Assembly: GCA_963709345.1 (NCBI GenBank)
Contig: CAVPVX010000005.1
Span: forward strand, 1 to 50,076
DNA length: 50,076 bases
Direction: 5' to 3'
From: an uncultured Actinomycetes bacterium
GTDB lineage: Bacteria > Actinomycetota > Thermoleophilia > UBA2241
Notes under the pieces: model-generated
Seen by the model: the letters and a program-made list of their open reading frames with translations, nothing else
Database searches by the model: none
What the model was told of the DNA's origin: nothing
Shown: positions 16,305-26,140 of the stretch, piece by piece
Layout of the letters: each line of letters begins with the position of its first letter
Numbering within the stretch: the stretch's first letter is position 1
Program-made: the position numbers and the translations under genes

Positions 16305-19274
16305 ATGGCCGGATCTGGGGCAAGCAGTGATCCGAAGGCGGCCGGTGCTGTGCCTCTGAACCCTACCTTCGGCGACTGGCTTGAGCGTCGCGGCGCGTCG
16401 GAAAAGGGTGAGGCGGGTCCGCGGGACGGAGCACGCGGCGCAGGCGACCTGCCCTGCGTGCTGGTCGTGGACGACGAGACCGAGATCACCGCCTCCGTCG
16501 CTGAACTGCTGCGCGACGAGTACGCGGTTTTGACGGCGAGTTCAGCCGACGAGGCGCTGGCACTCCTCGAGGAGCACGCCGTCGCGGCGATCCTCACCGA
16601 CCAGCGCATGCCCGGCGGCAGCGGCGCCGAGCTGCTCGAGCGCGCACTCCACATCGCGCCTGAGACGACGCGCATCCTGTTCTCCGGCTACTCGGACATC
16701 AGCGTCGTGGTCGACGCCGTCAATGAAGGACAGGTCTTCCACTACCTGGCCAAGCCCTGGCGCCCCGAGGAGCTGCGGGAAGTGCTCGGGCGCGGCGTCG
16801 AGCGTCACCAGATTCTGCTCGAGAACCGGGCTCTCACCGCCGAGCGCGAGGCAGCACTGCGTGACTTGCACCAGAGCGAGGCTCACTACCGCACCCTCGC
16901 CGAAGCCTCGCCGGACATGGTCTACGTCATCGGCCATGATGACACGGTGCAGTACCTGAACCAGAGGGCGGCCGAGACGGTTCGCCGCTCCCCAGACGAA
17001 GTCGTCGGCATGCCGCGCGCCGACCTTTTCGGCGGCGCGACGGACAGCGGGATGAAGGCTGCCCTTGACGACGTCCTTCAGGCGGGAGAGCCGCGCCACT
17101 CCGAATCTGAGCTGGTCTGCCCGTCGGGGAGGACATGGATCAGCACCTGGCTCGTTCCGCTCAAGGACGTGGACGGCGCCGTGACGGCGGTGCTCGGCAT
17201 CTCGCGCGACATCAGCGAGGACAAGCGCGCCAAGGACGAACTGCGCAAGCGGGCCACGGAGATGGCTGCGCTGCACGCCCTGAGCGCGGCCGCCACGCGA
17301 AGCCTGTCGCTGGAAGGGGTCGCGTCAGAAGCCACAGCGGCGCTGGCGAAGATCATCGGGTGCGACCTGGCACTCGTCTTCATCCGGGACGGAGAGCGTC
17401 TGCTGCTGACGGGCACCGCCCCGGGGTACCGCAAGGCAGAACGCGAGGAGGCGCCCGAGCATCGCGTCGGCGAGTGCCTGTGCGGACTGGCGGTCCGGGA
17501 GGGCGCGCCCATCTACTCCCGCGACCTCTTCAGCGACGAGCGCTGCACGCTGGAGGAGTGTAAGCAGGCCGGCCTGCGCTCCTTTGCCGCCCTGCCGCTG
17601 TACACCGGCGACGAGATCATCGGCGCGGTCGGCGTGGCGTCGGAGACGGAGTGCGACTTCGAGGCGCAGGCCGCGTTCCTCGAGACGCTGGCGAGCGAGG
17701 TCGCCCTGCACGCGCACAATGCCCAGCTGTTCTCCGCGGTCGAGTGGCAGCGTGAGGCACTTCGCGAGCGCGAGGTCGCCCTTGCAAACGCGCAACGCAT
17801 CGCGCACCTCGGCAGCTGGAACTGGGACGCGGCGTCAGGGGAGATCATCTGGTCCGCGGAGGCGTGCCGGATCTTCGGGGTCGCGGCAGACACGCACCCT
17901 GCGCAGGAGGCTTTCATCGACTTCATCCACCCGGACGACCGGAGACTCATGGGGGAATGGATCTCCGCAGCTCGTGGCGGGTCGGCGCCGCCGGGCATCG
18001 AATGTCGCATTCTCCGCCCCGATGGAGAGCTTAGATGGATCTTCAGTGACGGGGAAGCCTCGTCGGAGGAGGCAGGCGCCGTCACCCGCGTCGCCGGGAC
18101 CGTGCTCGACGTCACCGAGCGCAAGCAGGCCGAGGAGATGCTGAAGGCGAGCCAAGAGCGGCTCGAGGAAGCACACCGTCTGGCGCACATTGGGATCTGG
18201 ACCTGGCGGGTCGCCGACGATACCGTCACCTGGAGCGAGGAGCTCTACCGCATCGCGGGCCGCGACCCGAGCTCGCCGGCTCCCACCTACGCCGAGCACC
18301 CCGACCTCTATGCCCCAGAGAGCTGGGACCGTCTGCAGGCGGCGGTCGCGCAGGCATGTGAGCGCGGCACAGACTACGAACTCGATCTTGAAATGATGCG
18401 CCCTGACGGCACCATCCGATGCGTGCACGTCTTCGGCGGCGCCACACGAAACGAGCGCGGAGAGGTCGAAAACCTCTACGGCACCATCCAGGACATCACC
18501 GAGCGCATGCAAGCCGAGGACGAGATCCGTCGCCTCAACGCCGAGCTCGAGGAGCGCGTCGTCCGCCGCACCGAACAGCTCGACGCGACGACCCGTGAGC
18601 TCGAGGCGTTCGCCTACTCTGTGGCCCACGATGTACGCGCGCCGCTGCGCACCATCGATGGCTTCAGCGCCATGGTGATGGAGGACGAGCGCGAGCGGCT
18701 CAGCCCGGAGGGACAGGCGGAACTCAGCCGGGTGCGCGTCGCGGCGCAGACGCTGGCGCGCCTGCTCGACGACCTCATGGGGCTCTCTCGCGTCTCACGC
18801 CACGAGCTCGTCCGCGAAGCAGTCGACCTGAGCGCCCTGGCGCGGCAGGTGGGCGAGGAGACAGCCGCGGGATCGCCGTCGCGCCGGGTCGAGCTCACCG
18901 TGCAGCCCGAGCTTGAAGCTGTCGCCGACCCGGCACTGGTGCGTCTGATCCTGCGCGAGCTCCTTCGCAACGCCTGGAAGTTCACGAGCCGGCACGAGAC
19001 CGCGTGCATCGAGGTCGGCGCGACCGAGGCCGGGGGCGAGGCCGCCTTCTATGTGCGCGACGACGGCGCCGGCTTCGATATGCGCCACGCCCAGCATCTC
19101 TTCGGCGCCTTCCAGCGCATGCACCCGGCAGGGGAGTTCGAGGGCGACGGGATCGGCCTCGCCACGGTGCAGCGGCTGGTGCGCCGGCACGGCGGCCGCG
19201 TCTGGGCCGAAGCCGAGGTCGAGAAGGGCGCGACGTTCCACTTCACGCTGCCGGAGCCGGCAACCGACGGCTAG
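16305..19274 (+). CDS. Multi-sensor histidine kinase (REC-PAS-GAF-PAS-PAS-HisKA-HATPase); exact start uncertain
   Basis: LVVDDE..TDQRMP..KPW, PAS/PAC repeats, GECLCG GAF, YSVAHDVRAPL H-box, NAWKFT, DDGAGF and GIGLA. Confidence 0.85.
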   Translation: MAGSGASSDPKAAGAVPLNPTFGDWLERRGASEKGEAGPRDGARGAGDLPCVLVVDDETEITASVAELLRDEYAVLTASSADEALALLEEHAVAAILTDQRMPGGSGAELLERALHIAPETTRILFSGYSDISVVVDAVNEGQVFHYLAKPWRPEELREVLGRGVERHQILLENRALTAEREAALRDLHQSEAHYRTLAEASPDMVYVIGHDDTVQYLNQRAAETVRRSPDEVVGMPRADLFGGATDSGMKAALDDVLQAGEPRHSESELVCPSGRTWISTWLVPLKDVDGAVTAVLGISRDISEDKRAKDELRKRATEMAALHALSAAATRSLSLEGVASEATAALAKIIGCDLALVFIRDGERLLLTGTAPGYRKAEREEAPEHRVGECLCGLAVREGAPIYSRDLFSDERCTLEECKQAGLRSFAALPLYTGDEIIGAVGVASETECDFEAQAAFLETLASEVALHAHNAQLFSAVEWQREALREREVALANAQRIAHLGSWNWDAASGEIIWSAEACRIFGVAADTHPAQEAFIDFIHPDDRRLMGEWISAARGGSAPPGIECRILRPDGELRWIFSDGEASSEEAGAVTRVAGTVLDVTERKQAEEMLKASQERLEEAHRLAHIGIWTWRVADDTVTWSEELYRIAGRDPSSPAPTYAEHPDLYAPESWDRLQAAVAQACERGTDYELDLEMMRPDGTIRCVHVFGGATRNERGEVENLYGTIQDITERMQAEDEIRRLNAELEERVVRRTEQLDATTRELEAFAYSVAHDVRAPLRTIDGFSAMVMEDERERLSPEGQAELSRVRVAAQTLARLLDDLMGLSRVSRHELVREAVDLSALARQVGEETAAGSPSRRVELTVQPELEAVADPALVRLILRELLRNAWKFTSRHETACIEVGATEAGGEAAFYVRDDGAGFDMRHAQHLFGAFQRMHPAGEFEGDGIGLATVQRLVRRHGGRVWAEAEVEKGATFHFTLPEPATDG

Positions 19275-19275
19275 C

Positions 19276-19445
19276 TATTCGAGTTCACGACGTTGTTGAC
19301 AGGTGAGGGCCTGTCCTGATCGGTTGTTGGTGTCCAAACCAAGACCGAGAGGAAGGCCCTCATGTCGCATCCTAGCGCGAGACTCGCCACGCACGGACGC
19401 CTGCTGCTCTGTGAGCGTCTCGATGAAGGCGGCTGGCGCGTCGGA
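19276..19445 (+). mobile_element. IS481-family left-end remnant
   Basis: MSHPSARLATHGRLLLCERL.EGGW from ATG 19362 resembles IS481 transposase N-termini. An end-like sequence T(A)TTCGAGTTCACGACGTTGTTGACA follows CTAG. It is fused to integrase remnant 3. Confidence 0.6.
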
Positions 19446-19915
19446 GTGGCCGAGCCACTCCTGCGCCTGCTTGACGCCGTACTCCTCGTAGACCCAGGTG
19501 GCGAAGGGGTCGCGCAGCCCGTGGATCGGCAGGTGCGGGTCGATCCTCTGGCGGGCGACCCAGCTCCACCACTGGCTCTTGACGGTGGAGGGCGCCATCT
19601 GCGTGCCCTCCTTCTTGGGGACGACGCGAGCGGCCTCGTTCCACGCCGGGCCCTGGGCCAGGCGGTACTCCTTCTGCGCGGCGAGCCAGACGCGGCGCTC
19701 GTCGCAGGCCGCCGCGGCAGCGGCGCGGTGCGCGCCTTGCCGTTCTTCGGCGGGTACTCGAGGAGCGTGCCGTCGTCGTCCTCCTCGACGGTGCGACAGA
19801 CGGTGACGAAGCCGCGCTCGAGGTCGAGGTCCGACCAGAGGAGGCCCGCGACCTCCCCCACGCGCAGGCCGGAGAAGCCGGCGAGCACGCCGGCGGCGTG
19901 GACCAGCAGGCCGCA
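19440..19915 (-). pseudogene. Tyrosine integrase remnant 3 (box I to box II, frameshifted, no catalytic Tyr)
   Basis: SGLRVGEVAGLLWSDLDLERG.VTV..PKNGKART, a frameshift near 19722, then HGLRDPFATW..LGHSD, truncated by the IS481 piece. Confidence 0.75.
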
Positions 19916-20024
19916 GACCCCCCCGGATGAGTTGCAGGAGGCGCCTTGGGCGGGGGAGTATGCTCGCGAAGGCGATGGTGGGCTTGGGGTCGAGTGACCG
20001 CCAGCCCTGATTGGACCGAGTCGC

Positions 20025-20801
20025 ATGAGCACCGCATTGCGCGCGCTGGTCTTCGATGTGGACGGGACCCTGGCCGACACCGAGCGTGACGGCCATCGCG
20101 TCGCGTTCAACAAGGCCTTCGCCGCCGCCGGACTGGACTGGCACTGGTCGGTGGACCTGTACGGGGAACTGCTCGAGGTCACCGGCGGCAAGGAGCGTAT
20201 CCGCCACTATCTTCAAGTGCACCGGCCCGCTGTCGAGACGAGCGTCGGCACCGACGCCGGCATCGCCGCCTTGCACCTGGCCAAGAACCGCTTCTACGGG
20301 GAGCTGGTGGCGACCGGCGCCGTGCCGCTGCGGCCGGGCGTCAAGCGCCTGTTGCTCGACGCGCGTGCGGCGGGTCTGCGACTCGCGATCGCGACGACCA
20401 CGTCGATGGAGAACGTCACCGCATTGCTGGAGCATTGCATCGGTCCCGGAGCGGAACGCTGGTTCGACGTGATCGGCGCCGGCGACGTCGTGCCCGCGAA
20501 GAAGCCGGCGCCGGACATCTACCGCTTCGTCCTCGAGGCTCTGCGTCTTCGTCCCGAGCGCTGCCTGGCGCTCGAGGACTCAGGCGCCGGTCTGCGCGCG
20601 GCGCGAGCGGCCAAGCTGCCGACCTTGGTGACCGTCGGCGACTACACGGCGGATGACGATCTGCACGGCGCGGCTGTGGTGCTCGATCACCTCGGTGAAC
20701 CCGAGCTGCCGGTACGCGTGCTGGCCGGCGATCTGGGCGACTCGACCTACGTGGATGTGGACGCGCTGCGCACCCTGCACGCTCGTCAGAGCCAGACGTG
20801 A
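20025..20801 (+). CDS. HAD-IA hydrolase, CbbY-like
   Basis: FDVDGTLADTERDGHRVAFN, GGKERI, IATTT, KKPAPDIY and EDS..GL. Confidence 0.85.
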   Translation: MSTALRALVFDVDGTLADTERDGHRVAFNKAFAAAGLDWHWSVDLYGELLEVTGGKERIRHYLQVHRPAVETSVGTDAGIAALHLAKNRFYGELVATGAVPLRPGVKRLLLDARAAGLRLAIATTTSMENVTALLEHCIGPGAERWFDVIGAGDVVPAKKPAPDIYRFVLEALRLRPERCLALEDSGAGLRAARAAKLPTLVTVGDYTADDDLHGAAVVLDHLGEPELPVRVLAGDLGDSTYVDVDALRTLHARQSQT

Positions 20802-21042
20802 GCCGCCGGCCAGGGCTCTGACGCAGATGGTCGCCGCGTGGTCCTGCGTCCCGCGGAGTTGGCAGGATTCCCGCCGCTTCCTGATGTGTGTGAGCGCAGG
20901 CCGCGGCAGGGATGCCCGGAGTGGCAGCCACGCACCCCTGACCATTGACGCCGGCCGCCTAAGACGCAAACATAAGGCGAGCGGTCGGGGGCGAACGCTC
21001 CCCGGCCACAGTCAATGGGGGACTTGGTTAGGGGGAATGATC

Positions 21043-22869
21043 ATGCGGACTGTCGGACGAAAAACCTGGTGGATCCTACTCCTGTGCGCACTCGTTGTCG
21101 CCGGGTTGGGCGCCGTGCTCGGACCCGACATGGCACGCGGCGAGGACGGGTCACCGGCGCCCGCCGCCGACAAGGTCGTCCTCAAGGTCGGCTGGATGGG
21201 CGACATCGACAACCTGAACCCGCTCATCGGCTGGACGAACAACGTCTACGAAGTGTACGCCCAGCAGTACCTCCTCATGGTGGGCCGGAGCTGGGACACG
21301 CTCAAGCCCGACGACTCGGGGATCGCCAAGAGCTGGGAACTCAGCGATGACGAGCTGGAATGGACCTTCACCCTCAACGAGGGCATGACCTGGCAGGACG
21401 GCGTCCCGATCACCTCCAAGGATGTCGTCTTCACCTACAACTTCATCATCGAGAACGAGATCGCGGCCTACGCCAGCTTCATCGGCGGGATCGACCGTGC
21501 GGAGGCCATCGACGACATGACGTACAAGGTCATCTGCAAGGAGCCGGTCGCCAACATGCTCACCCTGTGGATACCCTGCCTCCCCGAGCACATCTGGGGC
21601 AAGATGAGCGCCAAGGAGGCGAGCCAGACCTTCCAGAACAAGCCGCCCGTCATCGGCAGCGGCCCGTACCAGGTCGTCGAGTGGAAGAAGGAGCGCTTCC
21701 TGCGGATGGAGGCCTACGACGACTTCTACCTCGGCAAGCCGACAGTGGACGAACTCATCTTCGTCGTGTATCAGAACGGCGATACGATGGTCCAGGACCT
21801 GAAGTCCGGCAACCTCGACGCCGCCTACCTCTTCCCGCCGGCGCAGCTCGAGCCGCTCAAGGCCGCTGAGGGGATCGAGTCCATCGGTTTCAGCTGGTTC
21901 AACTGGGACTACGTCGGGTTCAATTGCTATGAAGGCCCCTCGAGGGGCAACCCCGTCCTGCTGAACAAGGACTTCCGGGCCGCACTGGAATGGGCGGTCG
22001 ACCGCGAGAAGATCGTCTCGCTCGCCTACGGCGGGCAAGCATGGACTGGCTACACGTTCATGCCCCCGGACAACTGGAGTGATCCGGACTACGCATGGGC
22101 GCCAGATGAGAGCATGGCGCGAGACTACGACCCCGCGAAGGCCAATGCCATGCTCGAGCAGGCCGGGTTCACCGACTCGAACGGCGACGGGGTGCGCGAG
22201 TACAAGGGCAAGCCCATCAAGATCCGTCTGTGGGCCCCCGCCGAGTCGCCGGAGTCGCAACGCGCCGGCAAGCTCATCGCCGGATGGTGGAAGGCCGTCG
22301 GCGTGGACGTCGCGCTGAGCGTGCAAGACGAGGGCGTCTACTTCGACAACATCTGGGCTTACAAAGGCGACACGTTCTCGCCCGACTTCGACGCATACCT
22401 CTGGAGCTGGGACGGCTACATGGATCCCGGCCAGTCCCTGACCTGCTACACGACCGCCCAGATCGAGGGCTGGAACGAGTACGCGTGGTCCAACACCGAG
22501 TTCGATCGACTGGATGGGCTGCAGGCTTCAGAGATGGACCCGGCCACGCGCGCCGGCTACATCCATCAGATGCAGGAAGTCATGTACGAGGACTGCCCTG
22601 GCTTCACCACCGTCTTCCCGCTGAAGCTGGAGGCGTACCGGACTGACAAATGGGACGGCTGGACGCGCTCCAACAGTGGAAACGGAGGAGCCTTCCTCAC
22701 CGCTTCGATCCCGCTGCCGTACTCCCAGCTCACGCCCAAGGTGGCCGAGACGACGAGTTCCAGCACGGGCGTGTGGGTCGCGATCATCGCAGCGGTCGTC
22801 GTCGTCCTGCTGATCGTGCTCTTCCTGGTCCGCAGGAACCGCCGGAGCGGCCCTGCAATGGAGGAGTGA
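21043..22869 (+). CDS. ABC transporter peptide/nickel-binding protein (SBP family 5) with a C-terminal membrane anchor
   Basis: Signal peptide; AKSWE.SDD...WTFTL....TWQDG.PITSKDVVFT, IGSGPY and R.AL..AVDR; C-terminal TM followed by RRNRR. Confidence 0.85.
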   Translation: MRTVGRKTWWILLLCALVVAGLGAVLGPDMARGEDGSPAPAADKVVLKVGWMGDIDNLNPLIGWTNNVYEVYAQQYLLMVGRSWDTLKPDDSGIAKSWELSDDELEWTFTLNEGMTWQDGVPITSKDVVFTYNFIIENEIAAYASFIGGIDRAEAIDDMTYKVICKEPVANMLTLWIPCLPEHIWGKMSAKEASQTFQNKPPVIGSGPYQVVEWKKERFLRMEAYDDFYLGKPTVDELIFVVYQNGDTMVQDLKSGNLDAAYLFPPAQLEPLKAAEGIESIGFSWFNWDYVGFNCYEGPSRGNPVLLNKDFRAALEWAVDREKIVSLAYGGQAWTGYTFMPPDNWSDPDYAWAPDESMARDYDPAKANAMLEQAGFTDSNGDGVREYKGKPIKIRLWAPAESPESQRAGKLIAGWWKAVGVDVALSVQDEGVYFDNIWAYKGDTFSPDFDAYLWSWDGYMDPGQSLTCYTTAQIEGWNEYAWSNTEFDRLDGLQASEMDPATRAGYIHQMQEVMYEDCPGFTTVFPLKLEAYRTDKWDGWTRSNSGNGGAFLTASIPLPYSQLTPKVAETTSSSTGVWVAIIAAVVVVLLIVLFLVRRNRRSGPAMEE

Positions 22870-22879
22870 GGCAGGCGCG

Positions 22880-23020
22880 GAACTGCAGTACGAGGCCGCC
22901 ACGCGCTGCGCCGCGAGACCGAGCTCGTTGCGGTCGCCGCGGCGCAGCGCCTGCGTAGGGTGCGCCGGCACGCACGGCGCGTCCTCGCAGTACGTGTGGG
23001 CGAGTGAGACGTAACGCACG
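22880..23020 (-). pseudogene. Possible degenerate 4Fe-4S dicluster (DmsB-like) fragment
   Basis: YVSLAHTYCEDAPCVPAHPTQALRR resembles CxHCEDAPCxxxCPTGAL, with two Cys replaced by His. Confidence 0.35.
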
Positions 23021-23218
23021 CTCGCCCTCGACCGCGGCTTCGCCTGACCGCTCTGCCGCGGGCACATCGACGCCGAATACGCGCGGGTGACCATAGGATA
23101 CCGCGGGCTCGGACTCACGCTGCTCAGACCGGAGCAGTGTGGGTACATCCCTGACGGTAGCCCTTGGCGGCCCGGAGCCTCTTGCTTCGGGGCGCCGTCC
23201 CCGGCGAGAGGATCCGGA

Positions 23219-24472
23219 GTGGCCAAGCCTCAGTGGAGTGACTTCGGCGCGATGTGGACGACCGTCCGTGAACTCGACATCAACGCCATCCGCCACGAGG
23301 CGGAGCGCAGCCTCGCCATCGCCGTCATCGGTCAGCCTGCGGCGCTGTCGTGGACGGAGCGTCTTCTGCGCGACGGCCCCAATCGCTACCCGCCGAGCTC
23401 CGACCCGCTGGCGCTCGTCCCGCTCGCCGACGTCGGCAGCCGCCTCGACCTCGTCGGAGCGGTCGACCTGCTGGTCCTGGCGCTCGATGCGGCTACGCCG
23501 CTCGACGCCGCCGAGCTCGCCGGGCTCGAGCTGCTGGCGACGACGCCGCGACCCCACCAGGTCGTGCTGCTCTTCGGCGATCCAGGCCCGTCGACCCCAT
23601 GGTCCGCCTACCTTGATCGAGGAGCAGCGATCCTTGTGGATTCGGGGGACCCGGGCGCGGCGGCGCTCGTCGCCGGCGCCGCGCTCGGCGCACTGCCGGC
23701 GGAAGTCCGCCTCGCCGCGGCCCGGCGTCTGCCCGGCCTGAGGCCGCAGTTCGCGGCCCGCCTGACGGGCGAGGTCTCGGCGTCCAACGCGGCCGTCGCT
23801 CTGGCCTCGGGCGTGCCGTCTCTGGTTCCCCTTCTCAGCATCCCCCTCGCGGCTGCCGACACGATCATCCTCACCAAGAGCCAGGCGCTCATGGTCTACC
23901 GTCTGGCTCTGGCCGGCGGAGCGGAGCCGGAGTTCCAGAAGCGCATGCTCGAGATCACTCCCGTCATTGGCGGAGCGGTGATGTGGCGCCAGATCGCCGG
24001 GGCGTTGGCCGGACTGGTGCCGGGCTACGGCATCCTGCCCAAGACCGCGGTCGCCTACGGCGGCACCTACGTGGTAGGCCTGATCGCGACGCGCTGGTAC
24101 GAGACCGGCTTGCTCACCGAGGCCGAGCGAAAGCGCATCACGACCGAGGCCGCGGCCGTGGCCCGCCGGGCGGCCGAGACCATGGTCGGGCAGGCGCGCA
24201 CCGCCGGCGGCAAGGCCGGCGCCCTGACGCAGGGAGGCCTGCAGAAGGCGGCGGAGGGCGCTGCGGCGGCTCGAGCCCAGGCCGGAAGGGTGGCGCAAGG
24301 AGCGCGCACGGCGACCGGTGCGGCTACCGGCAAAGCCGGAGCCGGGGTGCAGCGAACGGCGCGCCGCCTGCGCGACGGGAGTCGGAAGGTGGTGCCGCGC
24401 AGGCGCCCGGCCGCGACGGACGACGGCGGGGAACACGACGACTCGGATCATCCTCCGGCAAGTCCGAGATGA
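23219..24472 (+). CDS. DUF697/YcjF-like protein with a low-complexity tail
   Basis: VP.L.IP..AAD.IILTKSQALM..RLA, RQIAG.L.GLVP and KTAVAYGGTY.VG. GGAG precedes the GTG. Confidence 0.55.
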   Translation: MAKPQWSDFGAMWTTVRELDINAIRHEAERSLAIAVIGQPAALSWTERLLRDGPNRYPPSSDPLALVPLADVGSRLDLVGAVDLLVLALDAATPLDAAELAGLELLATTPRPHQVVLLFGDPGPSTPWSAYLDRGAAILVDSGDPGAAALVAGAALGALPAEVRLAAARRLPGLRPQFAARLTGEVSASNAAVALASGVPSLVPLLSIPLAAADTIILTKSQALMVYRLALAGGAEPEFQKRMLEITPVIGGAVMWRQIAGALAGLVPGYGILPKTAVAYGGTYVVGLIATRWYETGLLTEAERKRITTEAAAVARRAAETMVGQARTAGGKAGALTQGGLQKAAEGAAAARAQAGRVAQGARTATGAATGKAGAGVQRTARRLRDGSRKVVPRRRPAATDDGGEHDDSDHPPASPR

Positions 24473-24861
24473 GACCGTCCCCGGGCCTACGACCCTCTCG
24501 TGGCCTCGTCGACGCGCAGGCTCCGTCCCGTCACGGACGCCTCCGGCGCCGTCCGTGACGACGACGGCCGGAGGCGAGTGAGCGCTTCCTGAAAGAGGGC
24601 CGTCCCCGACAGGCCGCCGGGACATCCTCAGCTTCCCGACCGTCCTCATCATCTCCGCGCGGGAACACCGGTGCAGTCTGACGGACTGCCCGGGCGCGCA
24701 CGGGAGTGCTGCGGCAGGGGTCCACGCGCACGAGCGGGCTCAGCGGCGTTGGCCGGCGAACGAGACGCCGTTGTCCCCTTACTCACACGCGAGTCACACT
24801 CGGCTCGTCTCGGCCACGTGCTAGAATCCGCGCTCGTCCGCCACCCGTGCCCGGGGTCCCA

Positions 24862-25764
24862 ATGACTTCGCCACACGATCGCTATCGAAGCATCCGCAAC
24901 ATCCTCTGGGTGGTCCTCGCGCTCAATCTCGCGGTGGCGCTCGCCAAGCTCGTCTACGGCATGATCAGCCATTCCGCAGCGATGGAGGCCGACGGGTTCC
25001 ACTCGCTGTTCGATGGCGCTTCGAACATCATCGGACTCGTAGGCATGTGGTTCGCGGCGCGCCCTGCCGACGAAGACCACCCGTACGGCCACGGCAAGTA
25101 CGAGACCTTCGCAGCCGCACTCATCGGCATCCTGCTCATCTTCGCGGGCTACAGCGTCGGCAGGGGCGCCCTCGACAGCCTGTTCGGCCGTGGCGCACCG
25201 ACCGAGGTCACGACGATCTCGTTCGCGATCATGCTGGGCACACTCGCGGTCAACATCCTCGTCACCACGTGGGAGCGACGCGCGGGCAAACGGCTGGGCA
25301 GCGAGGTCCTGGTCGCCGACGCCAGCCACACGCTGAGCGACGTGCTGGTCAGCATCGGCGTCATCGTCAGCCTCGTCATCGTGAGGCTGGGATGGGAGCA
25401 GGCGGACGGCATCGTGGCGCTGATCGTGGCCGCCGTCATCCTGCGCACGGCCTGGGCGGTCCTGCGCGGCGCGCTGCACACGCTCGGCGACGCCGCCCGG
25501 CTGCCCGCCGAAGAGCTGGCAGCGGTGGCCAACAGCGTGGCGGGCGTCGTCAGCTGCCACGGGGTCCGGACCAGAGGTCCGGAGAGCCATGTCTACGTCG
25601 ATCTGCACGTCCAGGTCGCTCCCGGCACAACGGTCGAGCGCGGTCACGAGATCGCGCACGCGGTCGAGGGCTCCCTCCGCCGCTCCTACGGGCAGATCAC
25701 CGACGTCGTCGTCCATCTGGAGCCTGCGAGCCCGCGCCCGGCCGGCTCGCCGAACGATCGCTGA
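24862..25764 (+). CDS. Cation diffusion facilitator family transporter
   Basis: ADGFHSLFD, PADEDHPYGHGKYE, ADASHTLSD, VDLH and VVHLEP. Confidence 0.9.
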   Translation: MTSPHDRYRSIRNILWVVLALNLAVALAKLVYGMISHSAAMEADGFHSLFDGASNIIGLVGMWFAARPADEDHPYGHGKYETFAAALIGILLIFAGYSVGRGALDSLFGRGAPTEVTTISFAIMLGTLAVNILVTTWERRAGKRLGSEVLVADASHTLSDVLVSIGVIVSLVIVRLGWEQADGIVALIVAAVILRTAWAVLRGALHTLGDAARLPAEELAAVANSVAGVVSCHGVRTRGPESHVYVDLHVQVAPGTTVERGHEIAHAVEGSLRRSYGQITDVVVHLEPASPRPAGSPNDR

Positions 25765-26140
25765 CTCGCATCCGCGGGCGAGCCGGGGGCGAGCGCGACA
25801 ACGGATCCCCGGACCCTGTCCATCGCCAGCGAATTGGCTGGCCGCAATCACGACACGGTCGACAAGCATTTCTGCCCACTCGATGCCTGATAGGTCGGAC
25901 GAGCTGAGACAGACCGGGACGAAGAACTGACGCGGCGGGCCCCACCCACGCGTCTGTCGAGCGAGTCGCAGGCGAGTCGCCGGCGAGTCGCCGGGCGCGT
26001 GCCACGCTCCCGCGGCGGTCTCCCGAAAATCTACTAAGAACCCCTCTAGGTGGCGCCGCGACCTGCCGACAACGAACCACATGCCGGCATCCGCGGCCTT
26101 TGAGACGGCGGAGCCGGCGGGCGAGGAGAGAGCAGGCACG

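Noticed and set aside
20025-20801. Calvin cycle locus implied by the CbbY-like gene
   Set aside because: No RuBisCO or phosphoribulokinase gene is in the window, and CbbY-like HADs are widespread.
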